Shown one piece after another: positions 1 through 9,200 of a DNA stretch of 19,971 nt. A program made the translations under genes and the position numbers. The stretch comes from Octopus sinensis (taxonomy: Eukaryota): NCBI RefSeq assembly GCF_006345805.1, contig NW_021824103.1, positions 1 to 19,971 of the forward strand, in the 5' to 3' direction. The stretch's first letter is position 1. Every line of letters starts with the position of its first letter. Below the pieces are notes generated by a model. The model was not told the origin of the DNA and did not search any database. It saw nothing but the letters and a program-made list of their open reading frames with translations.

Positions 1-6
1 ATTTTT

Positions 7-91
7 CCCAATGGGCCACACCGTACGATTAAACCTGGAACCATGTTGAGGAGAAGCAAGATTCTTACCGCACAGTCACTCCTGCTCCTAT
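7..91 (-). mobile_element. tRNA-derived SINE (family 1), 5' head; window starts inside the element
   Basis: Reverse complement ATAGGAGCAGGAGTGACTGTGCGGTAAG...CATGGTTCCAGGTTTAATC aligns with the head of the copy at 13904 (ATAGGCACAGGAGTGGCTGTAGTGGTAAG...CATGGTTCCGCGTTCAGTC). Confidence 0.8.
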
Positions 92-115
92 TCCTTGTAC
101 GTAAATATAGCATTT

Positions 116-550
116 GGATCTTTTCGGTTTGAACGGCAGTTTTTTTCTAGCGGTGTCATATGAAATTGTCATCCATAATTATGACCCTAGTATCGATCTA
201 TTGCATTTCAATCTGTTTTAGGGTTAGTGTTAGAGTTAGGGTTAGGGTGGGGGGGAAGGCTATCTTTTCTTCTTCAGAAATGTAAATAAACCCAATATGT
301 TTCTTAAACGAGGGACATATTCATACGGCACAGAATGGTTTTTCCTACCTCAATAGACGTCATTGATTGGTTGAAATTGCAGAAATTGAAGAAAAGAAAA
401 CAACAAATATCTTACAAACTATAGAATTTTCTCAATAAAGCCAAGAGAAAAAGATGTTTTATAAACACATCCTACCAGTATACAAAGTTTAGAAGTGTTT
501 AGTGACGTGGAAATTATTTTAAAAAACTGCCGGTCAAACCGAAAAGATCT
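116..550. mobile_element. MITE (non-autonomous DNA transposon) with 30-bp TIRs and 8-bp TSD
   Basis: TIRs 116-145 and 521-550 are 28/30 complementary (GGATCTTTTCGGTTTGAACGGCAGTTTTTT). TAGCATTT is directly repeated at 108-115 and 551-558. An 8-bp TSD fits hAT, P or Merlin; superfamily not resolved. Confidence 0.9.
218..247 (+). repeat. Five telomere-like hexamers inside the MITE
   Basis: TTAGGG TTAGTG TTAGAG TTAGGG TTAGGG followed by a G run. Confidence 0.85.
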
Positions 551-1092
551 TAGCATTTTTAAAAATATAGAAAAAGATACACTTCATTGAGGATCTCTTT
601 TAACACTGAAACAACTCCAAAGTTGTCGCCCCTACTTTCTGTAACTTTGTTAAATTAGTATTTAGTCATGCGGTTTATGTTTTCATTTTCACACTACATT
701 GTACTTATGAAATAATTTAATATATTAAATACGATTATTTACATTATTTACATTCGACGGATATTTGTCCTCATCTTGTTTGTTGTTAACACAACGACAC
801 CTCAATACTGAAGAATGACTTGTCTTGCAGGCTCTTCACCTCTGCCTTGTTAGTTGGGTGGATGACCAGAGTTTCATGTCTGTGTGCGCGCTCCTGTCTG
901 TCTGACTGTCAGTCAGTAGGCGAGGCGAGAGGGGAGTAAAAGCAGACTAGATGTGTGTGTTTGTGTGTGTGTGTTTGTCTTGCTGTACTACTAGTGGTGA
1001 TAGTGAAGGAAGTGTAAAATTCACAAACTACAACTGACTTAGCGGTGTAGGAAAGGAGTAGCGTTTGGTTTGGTAGGTTGTTTAGTTAGAAG

Positions 1093-1420
1093 GTGGTGGT
1101 GATGGTGGTGATGATGGTGGTGGTAGTGTTGACAACGGTAGTAGTGGTGGTAATAGTGGTGATGGTGGTGGTGGGGGCGATGATGATGATGATGATGATG
1201 ATGGTGATGTTGACGTGTAGTGAGAGTGGCGGTGGTGAGGAAGGTGATAAAAATGAAGGTATTAGTAGTGGTGACGATGATGATGATGGTGGTGGTGGTG
1301 GTGATGGTGGCAGTGACGGTACTGTTAATGATGGTAGTAGTTGTAGTGATAGTGGTTGCAGTGGTAGTGATGGTGTTCATAATGATGGTCGGTGGCGAAG
1401 ATGATAGTAGTGGTGCTGAT
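1093..1420. repeat. Compound trinucleotide low-complexity tract (GGT/GAT/AGT)
   Basis: Degenerate triplet repeats; they explain the poly-His/Thr/Val/Gly/Asp ORFs in the track. Confidence 0.9.
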
Positions 1421-1478
1421 CGAAAGATTAGTGATACAAGATCTGGTTACAGTACTTCCACAACTAAGCTCCAACATA

Positions 1479-1530
1479 GTTGATTTGTTAAGAGCCTTGT
1501 TTCACGATCATGAGATCCTCAGTTCGATCC
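1479..1530 (+). mobile_element. Possible tRNA-derived SINE head fragment
   Basis: B-box GTTCGATCC at 1522-1530 preceded by a degenerate A-box-like segment; loosely resembles the family-3 head; truncated just before 1535. Confidence 0.35.
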
Positions 1531-1534
1531 TATA

Positions 1535-1850
1535 CAGGACCGGCTCAAGGTACCGGCAACTCGGGCAGTTCCCCGGGGTGCCATGTGCTAGGGAGCCAAG
1601 AAGTACGCCACGGTTAGATCTGTTCAGTTCGGCGCACAGATTTTTTATTTAACTTTTTTTTTTAACTAAACAGTTTGAAACTTCGTATACTGGTGGAATG
1701 TCTCACGCAGAACACGGTTTACTTTGAACATTTTTTGACAAACTTTTGTGTTTTAGAAGTTATTTCGCGTTAAAGTTGTATTTAGGTAATTTCAGCCAAT
1801 CAACGACGTGTATTGAGTTGAAGAAAGAGCTACCAATTTACGTAATTTAC
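1535..1850 (+). mobile_element. Possible truncated hAT-like non-autonomous element end
   Basis: Abrupt GC-rich start CAGGACCGGCTCAAGG, resembling CAG-initiated hAT TIRs; no matching right TIR found and the right boundary is uncertain. Confidence 0.3.
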
Positions 1851-1869
1851 TGGAAAATGTAAATGAGTG

Positions 1870-2100
1870 TTTTTCCCCCCCCCCCAATATCGCTTGACAA
1901 CCGATGCTGGTGTGTTTACGTCCCTGTTCGGTAAAAGAGAATGATAGAATAAGTACTAGGCTTACAAAGAATAAGTCCTGGGGTTGATTTGCTCTACTAC
2001 GATCTTTCATCGCGGTGTCCCAGCAATGCTGTAATGCAATGATAAGGCGGTGCTCCAGCAAGGTCACAGTCAAATGACCGAAACAAGTAAAAGAGTAAAA
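1870..2100 (+). mobile_element. SINE family 1, 3' half, with internal deletion and extra tail module
   Basis: ATCGCTTGACAACCGATGCTGGTGTGTTTACGTCCC...GGCGGTGCTCCAGCA...GAAACAAGTAAAAGAGTAAAA aligns with 14970-15184. Confidence 0.85.
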
Positions 2101-2243
2101 AAAAGACAATATATGGAGACATCTTTTAAACATAACATAGCCATTGATTTCTGAATATAAGAGTGTGAATAAGTCCAGGAGTCGATTTGCTCGACTACGA
2201 TCCTTCATGGCGGTGTCTCAGCACGGCTATAATGCAATGATAA
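1969..2243 (+). repeat. 77-bp direct repeat (1969-2045 and 2167-2243) of a divergent SINE tail module
   Basis: 67/77 identical by manual alignment. Confidence 0.85.
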
Positions 2244-2309
2244 ATAAAAATAATATTAATAACGACAATAAAAGGAGAAGAAAATTATAAATCTAGGCCA
2301 GCTTTGCGT

Positions 2310-2430
2310 TAACAACAACAACAACAGCAGCAACAATGATGACAACATCGACAACAACGATAACAACCACAAGAATACCAACAAAAATAACATCAACGAC
2401 AGCAACAATATCATCAACAACAACAACAAT
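2310..2430. repeat. (AAC)n low-complexity tract
   Basis: AAC/AAT/GAC triplets. Confidence 0.9.
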
Positions 2431-2802
2431 AAGCTACACACTCTGCCAACTGCCATCTGTTACTACGAACTGAAAACAAACGGTCTTTTCGTTAATAAAA
2501 ATTGTAAAATATCGACGCCATTAAATGCTCTCAAGAGGTCATCGCAAATGTTTGACAGTTGTATGTGAGTGTGAGTAAATGTCTGAATGTATCAAACACT
2601 TGAAATGTCTTTAAAACCTAACAAACAAATATAAAAAAACCCACAAAACACGCGTTTTGTTTGACTTAGCAACTGTCATTATAAACAAGCTCCGTATATC
2701 TATTTACTGGTTGTTTTGTAAGTATTCGTCGGTTTTGAAGGTGAAAGTCTCACTGTGGTGGTTCATATTTCTTCAGTCATAACTTTTGATGCATTAATGG
2801 TT

Positions 2803-2843
<41 letters not shown>

Positions 2844-3142
2844 GAGGGAAAGATATAGAGATAGAGAGAGAGAAAGAATGAAAGACAGAAAGAAAGAGTA
2901 GATGTTTGTGAATGTGTGTATGTGAATATGTGTGTGTGTACGTGCACGTAAGTAGGTGTGCATAATTGTATATGAATGTTTCTGTATATATACAGTATAT
3001 CAACATATATGGGTAAATGTGTGTGTATGTGTGTCTGTATATATATATCTATATAAATATGTGTATGCGTATGTGTGCGCGTGCGTATTTTAGTGTATCA
3101 TTGTGTATGTGTACATGAAGGAAATCGAACGCTTGTATAATA

Positions 3143-3210
3143 TGTGTGTGTCTGTATATATATATATATATATATACATATATACATATTATATATATTA
3201 TATATATATA

Positions 3211-3241
<31 letters not shown>

Positions 3242-3410
3242 CATATATACATATATATATACATACATACATCATACAATAAATACATACATACATACAT
3301 TCATACGTACGTACATACATACATACATACATACATACATACATACATACATACATACATACATACATACATACATACATACGTACGTACGTACATACAC
3401 ACACATGCAT
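3143..3410. repeat. (TA)n + (TACA)n compound microsatellite
   Basis: Direct reading. Confidence 0.95.
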
Positions 3411-4623
3411 ATGCGAGTCTTGAATATTTTCTATGGCTGTACAGTCTATCATTTCTCTCTTTCATTTCATCTTTTTAAGATTGAATTTTGCACGTTTTCT
3501 TATCATTTTCATTTATATTACTTTTCCTTACATTTTCAATAACATTTTCAGTGACACTTTGTTGATTCAATTGCCATTTTGGCACTTTTCAGTTTCCAGC
3601 GTTTTGATATACTTGTATATTGACTGGTCTTATAAATAATATACATACATGTGTATATTCATATATATATATATACATTTATGAAAAAAAAGAGGGAAAC
3701 AAAGAGAGAAAGAGAGAGAGAAACTGACAGACTGACAGGCAGTCAGGTAGACAGATATTTAGATCTATCAGTTATATGTACGGCTTCAGCCGATCAAGAC
3801 GATAACATTTTCAATTCGATTATTTGGATAATATTTAAGAGAGATTTTAACTGCTGTTTTTCGCAGGTCGACAGTTCACATTGAAGTTGATCCTCATCTC
3901 GATAATTGTATAGAAGGTTCGCTAACCAATTTGGGTTTTGCATTTTGTATTGTATAAGGGTTTTCAAACCACCCATTACAGCTTGGACTGGTTTATACCT
4001 TCTTCATAGCCTATCAAAGATGGAGTTGGTTTATAGTTTCTACATAGCCAATGGCGGTTTAAAGCAACAGATTTCTTATTCGTTTCAGGCAGACTATCGG
4101 AAAGATAGAAAGGGATACCAAATCTCACCCTTATCTCCCTCGGAAAATTCATCATATGCAATTGGGGTTGAATGGGATTTGTCTGGTTATTATAATCTTA
4201 TTATCATCTTTGAGTTGTTGATGCGTTTTCCGCGCAAATTTGACGTGATGTAATTGAAACATTGTTGCCGCAGTAAATAAAGGTCTTTGGTAAGGACGGG
4301 GAGCTGCTTAATAACGGGGTCTTCGGTCGGGGTTTTCATTCTTTTTTTTTTTGTGAGGTTTTTTGTCTTTCTGTTGTTTCGTACCGGAATAGTAACACGC
4401 TGTAATTCTTTACTTCTATTTGTTTGTTTGTTTGTTATTTTCAATAAACGCTCGGTTCATCAATAACTGTTCTATATAATTAATTATAGCTGTATTCCAC
4501 AAACGACCACCACCATCCAAGTTCCGGATCTCCTTTCTACGCATCTAATTAGAAATTTTTATATTTTCCAGATGAATGTACAGACCATTAGGGATAGGAT
4601 AAACAAAACCAGAAGATCGCAAG

Positions 4624-4640
4624 TAGTATACACACACACC

Positions 4641-4671
<31 letters not shown>

Positions 4672-4687
4672 TGTATATATTATATAT

Positions 4688-4736
<49 letters not shown>

Positions 4737-4803
4737 ATACTGACAGACAGATAGGCACACACATACGCACACACACACACACACACATATACATATATAT
4801 ATA
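4624..4803. repeat. (CA)n/(TA)n compound microsatellite
   Basis: Direct reading. Confidence 0.95.
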
Positions 4804-4892
4804 TTAATGTTCGTTTTTATATTCTATCTAAATAAAAACAATTTCACATTAAACTGATGGGTTGTGCTATTCTTTTGTAGAATACAATTCTA

Positions 4893-4993
4893 TTATTCTT
4901 AAACAAAAATATTTTTGACAATGATTCGTCCGAGGATGTCTAAGTGGCCGAAACTTCGAAGTCACTGTGAACAATACCCTTGTTTAAGAATAA
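4893..4993 (+). ncRNA. Degenerate type I hammerhead-like motif inside a 14-bp inverted repeat
   Basis: CCGAGGA (4930-4936; one change from CTGANGA), GAAA 4950-4953, palindromic stem III ACTTCGAAGT 4953-4962, GUC site; flanked by TTATTCTTAAACAA (4893-4906) and TTGTTTAAGAATAA (4980-4993). Confidence 0.5.
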
Positions 4994-4994
4994 C

Positions 4995-5003
4995 ATGTGT
5001 GTA

Positions 5004-5041
<38 letters not shown>

Positions 5042-5060
5042 GTGTGTGTGTGTGTGTGTG
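4995..5060. repeat. (TG)n microsatellite
   Basis: Direct reading. Confidence 0.95.
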
Positions 5061-5089
5061 TATAATTTATTTAAAAGCAGCAGAAATAT

Positions 5090-5142
5090 AACAAAAGCTG
5101 TTACTCAGAGTTTCACGTTCCCGTTCGTCAGACGGTTTTGTT
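5090..5142 (-). ncRNA. Minimal type I hammerhead ribozyme (PLE-type), canonical core
   Basis: Minus strand: AACAAAACCGU CUGACGA ACG-GGAA-CGU GAAA CUC-U-GAG UA|ACAGCUUUUGUU. All core nucleotides and stems I-III present; GUA cleavage triplet, predicted cut between 5102 and 5101. Confidence 0.8.
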
Positions 5143-5639
5143 AAACTAGAACAGAAATAACGATATGATCAAAACTAGTTAAAGGATACACTTTAAAAAT
5201 GGATTTGTTTCATTGGTCCCTTCAAGTAACGGTCTTAAGAATGCAATAAACAAAATAAACAAAATAAATGAATTCAATATAAATTTATCCTATTATAAAA
5301 ATCAAGGAAAAATCTTAAATCGGAGAGCGGATTCAAAATACGTATTGCATATAATTATATACGAAATATAATTTGATTAATACAATTAATACATTAATAA
5401 TTAAAAATAAAATTAAAATTTTCATGCTGCTTTTTATAAATATTTTACAACAGTATATACGCATACTAAACCATCAATATACATATATACATCAAGATAG
5501 ATGGATATACACAGACTACATACATATGCAGACATATATATGTAAGACGTAAATATACACACAAATACACATATATACATATGTATACATATGTACGCAA
5601 TCATGCTCGTATGCAAAAATCACTTGGTGTATACATATA

Positions 5640-5850
5640 GACGAGAAGTAAAACGCAGAGAGGGAAATATTTTGGTAGAAATGGTAAGACAACAAAAGAA
5701 TGAAAGAGACCTCGGCCTTATGTAAACAGGAATTTATCTGTAAATATAATATGTGACAATTATTCAGTAGCCATGATAAAACTCCAAGTTTCGGATTTCG
5801 AGGCGGAAACCCACGCCACCATCTCTTAAATTATCGGACCATCGAAAAAA
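5640..5850 (-). mobile_element. Short interspersed repeat carrying a decayed hammerhead motif (5775-5835)
   Basis: Minus strand: GATAA TTTAAGA [stem II with GGCG/CGCC hairpin] GAAAC TT-G-GA GTT|TTATC. Stem I and core spacing are exact; core CTG is mutated to TTT. Element boundaries approximate. Confidence 0.5.
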
Positions 5851-5851
5851 T

Positions 5852-5925
5852 ACTTACATACATACATACATACATACATACATCATACATACATATATAC
5901 ATACATACATACATACATATATACA

Positions 5926-5977
<52 letters not shown>

Positions 5978-6040
5978 TTATATATATATATAATATATAT
6001 ATATGCATTATACATACAAATATATATACACATATATATT
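5852..6040. repeat. (TACA)n/(TA)n microsatellite
   Basis: Direct reading. Confidence 0.95.
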
Positions 6041-6107
6041 GGTTAAATATCTAACTAACAAATAATTTTGTTGGTTTCAATCTGTGTTGGAGATAGCAAT
6101 TATAATA

Positions 6108-6620
6108 CTAAATCGTCACCAGCATGATCATCATCATCATCGTCATCGTCGTTGTCGTCTTCGTCGTCATCCTACTCCTCCTCCGCCACTTCCTCCTCCA
6201 CCACCTCCTCCTCCGCCTCTCCTCCTCCTCCTCATCATCATCATCAATAAAATAAAAAGGCATTAGCATCTGAAAGACTGCAACTAACACGTCGTCATCG
6301 TCGTCATTATCGTCACCACCATCATCATCCTCATCCCCCTCATCATCATCATCAAGAACAACATCTTCCCCACCACCTCCACCATCACTATAAACCACCA
6401 CCAACACCACCACCAACACCTAAATTAATCACATTCACGACGACCACTAACCAGTATAATGATCACGACGACGACGACGACCACCATCACCACCACCACC
6501 ACCACCACCACCACCACCACCACCACCACCACCACCACCAACAAAAACAATAACAACACCACCACCACCAACAACCAGCATTACCACCACAAATATGGCC
6601 GCGATCACCGCCATCGTTGT
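6108..6620. repeat. Compound trinucleotide tract (CAT/CGT/CCT/CAC/AAC)
   Basis: Explains the poly-Pro/His/Thr/Asp ORFs. Confidence 0.9.
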
Positions 6621-6867
6621 TGTCGTCTCATTGCCATCAGGCGTTTATGATCGAAGGGAATTACCGTGGAAGTTAACACAGTGCATTGTTGCATTAGTAT
6701 CTGAGTGAGGATACGCCAGCATATATCATGAGTTGTTGTGATGGGTGGATATTGCCAGTATGTTAGCCGGGAGATATCGTGTTACGCTCCCGTGGGGTGC
6801 GGTGCAAGGAGTGGAAAGATACACGTGATTAATGACAAGAAATTCCCGCATCAATCTTTCCACTTCA

Positions 6868-7127
6868 TGTATGTATGTATGTTGTATGTATGTGTATGTA
6901 TGTATGTGTATGTATGTATGTATATGTATGTATGTATGTATATATATGTATGTATGTGTATGTATGTATGTATGTATGTATGTATGAATGTATGTATGAA
7001 TGTATGTATGCATGCATGTATGTACGTATGTAGGTGTGTATGTATGTATGATATTGTATATGTGTATAATATTATATACAGATATACAATATCATATATA
7101 CACAAAGACATGCATATATATATTATA

Positions 7128-7167
<40 letters not shown>

Positions 7168-7190
7168 TATGTGTGTGTGTGTGTGTGTGT
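6868..7190. repeat. (TATG)n/(TA)n/(TG)n microsatellite block
   Basis: Direct reading. Confidence 0.95.
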
Positions 7191-7192
7191 AT

Positions 7193-7593
7193 CTTCTTTT
7201 ATTCTTTATTTGTTACAATCATTTGACTGCAGCCATGCTGGAGCACCGCCTTTAGTCGAATAAATCGACCTCAGAACTTAGTCTTTCTAAGCCTAGTACT
7301 TATTCTATCGGCCTCTATTGCCGAACCGCTAAATTACGAGGACATAAACACACTAACACCGGTTGTTAAACGATAGTGGGGGGACAAACGCAACACATAA
7401 ACATACAGACACAACACACACAGACACACACGCATATATATATATATATATACGACGGGCTTCTTACAGTTTCCGCCAACCAAATCCACACACAATGCTT
7501 TGGTCGCCCCGGGGCTCTAGTAGAACACATTTACCCAAGGTGCCACGTATTGAGACTAAAATCCGGAAATATGTGGTTGGTAAGAAAACTACT
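7193..7593 (-). mobile_element. SINE family 1, near full length, with internal (CA)n(TA)n
   Basis: Reverse complement aligns with both 13904-14078 (5' half) and 14970-15184 (3' half); about 25 bp missing at the 5' end. Confidence 0.9.
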
Positions 7594-7710
7594 ATATGAT
7601 ATGCGTTTATACACACATGGATTTATGTATTTTATGCAGTGTATTTATACAAAAAATATAAGATATTTTCCGATATAAGTACGTACCATGTAAATCGATT
7701 TTTCTGTTAA

Positions 7711-7711
<1 letters not shown>

Positions 7712-7741
<30 letters not shown>

Positions 7742-7990
7742 TCTTCACCATCTATATACATATATGTATATATATATAATATATATAATATATATAATAA
7801 TATATATAATATTACACGTTCACGCACACGCACATATAAATATAAATACGCGTGTATATATATATATATATACGTATATATACATATACAATATATATAT
7901 ATATATATGTATATACATATAAGCACGCGCACGCATGCATATATAGGAAAAAAATATTACATGAATACACCAAAACATATATATGCACAC
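7712..7990. repeat. (CT)n/(TA)n/(CA)n microsatellite block
   Basis: Direct reading. Confidence 0.9.
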
Positions 7991-8275
7991 GTAATGTTAT
8001 GTATATATCTACATACCTTATCTTATACCCACAAATAACACCCATAAATAACACGAAAATCTCAAGATTTCGTTCATGCCTCGGCCCTCCACCAACATCG
8101 TGTTCAATATCATTAATAACACGAACAATAACAATAACAATAACAAAAAAAGGAATCGTCAGTCGTAAAACAATGCAGTTTCATCCATCACGTCTTTCAA
8201 TCATCAACTCAGCTACAACATCGCATCCCGCAACAACTATTATTATAAGAGTGCTATCACAATTTGCTACCGTCA

Positions 8276-8284
8276 TCTATCTAT

Positions 8285-8375
<91 letters not shown>

Positions 8376-8387
8376 CATGTCTGTCTG

Positions 8388-8436
<49 letters not shown>

Positions 8437-8465
8437 AGATATATATATATATATATATATATTAT
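8276..8465. repeat. (TATC)n + (TA)n microsatellite
   Basis: Direct reading. Confidence 0.95.
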
Positions 8466-8481
8466 AAAAAACATAAAATAC

Positions 8482-8790
8482 AAAATGGGACAAGAACGCA
8501 AAACATCCGGACAACTAGGTGATACAAAAGGGGATAACAAAACATCCAGATAGACAACGCACAAAAACAAGGACGAGTCATTCAAAGCTCTTTATCTTCA
8601 GTCAAGAACCGCATCATCCTCGCAATTTCGGTTGATTAATCTTGAGATTGCTCCAATATGGCCAGCCCAAGAAAAAACTGAGCTAAGAGCATTAGATTCC
8701 TTGGAGAAAAGCATCGAATGTATACGAAAACAAGGACGGAAAAACAAACGATGTTACACGAATATAAATACAAAAATACAATAAAAATAA
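8482..8790. mobile_element. Unclassified probable interspersed repeat between (TA)n and (AAT)n
   Basis: Discrete complex block bounded by microsatellites, with internal AAAACATCC duplication. Recognised only from familiarity with octopus repeats; not verifiable inside the window. Confidence 0.3.
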
Positions 8791-8791
8791 C

Positions 8792-8831
<40 letters not shown>

Positions 8832-8844
8832 TAATAATAATAAC

Positions 8845-8990
8845 AGGCGTCTTTCGACTGGGGACGAATTGAATTCAGCTGGCGCGTGTGGGAATGACGT
8901 CTTACGGCAGAGGGAAGAATATCGATGTGGCAGTGACCGCGGTCAGACACAAAGGTCTAGCAGTCGGACAATCGGTCACGTGACAAGAGA
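8845..8990. promoter_or_regulatory. CpG-dense cluster of palindromic TF-like motifs (candidate enhancer/promoter)
   Basis: 13 CpG in about 140 bp; CAGCTG 8875-8880, TGACGTCT 8895-8902, TGACCGCGGTCA 8934-8945, GTCACGTGAC 8975-8984. Confidence 0.35.
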
Positions 8991-9021
8991 AGAGAGAGAA
9001 AAAGAAGAATATATATATATA

Positions 9022-9200
9022 TATAATCAAAATAAGCAACAAGGATATCCAAAGGTGGTGTAGTACAATCGTTTCATGCTACTTCATTTAATTAAACAAT
9101 GTAACTATTACATCAGTTTTAAAATGTAGAGCAATCTTCAGTAACATATGGAATTTTTTAACACTACCTTTGGATATCCTTGTTGCTTATTTTGATTATA
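9022..9200. mobile_element. Foldback element with 40-bp inverted repeats enclosing a hammerhead-like motif
   Basis: 9022-9061 vs 9161-9200 are 39/40 complementary with TA at both ends; minus strand has CTGAAGA (9141-9135) ... GAAAC GATT GTA (9075-9064). Confidence 0.8.

Noticed and set aside
738-830. Fragment of a familiar octopus repeat, a CTGAAGA at about 808-814 and an acceptor-like TTGTCTTGCAG at 830
   Set aside because: No GAAA or stems complete a hammerhead, the repeat fragment cannot be verified in-window, and no donor or ORF supports an exon.
1039-1404. His/Thr-rich and Gly/Asp-rich ORFs
   Set aside because: They are translations of a trinucleotide tract open in several frames on both strands, with no splice or domain support. 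The same applies to ORFs at 2256, 6084-6650, 17950 and 18626-18834.
3144-3542. Long YI/HT/CV/VCMY-repeat ORFs here and at 6726-7263, 7852-8553, 10190-11328, 12803-13477
   Set aside because: Microsatellite translations lacking stop codons by composition.
3906-4253. 115-aa ORF with non-repetitive sequence
   Set aside because: No recognisable domain, starts at a non-ATG codon, and composition is typical of AT-rich non-coding DNA.
8560-8640. CTGAAGA and GAAA on the minus strand of the 8482-8790 block
   Set aside because: I could not build stems I-III with an A15.1-U16.1 pair in any circular permutation.
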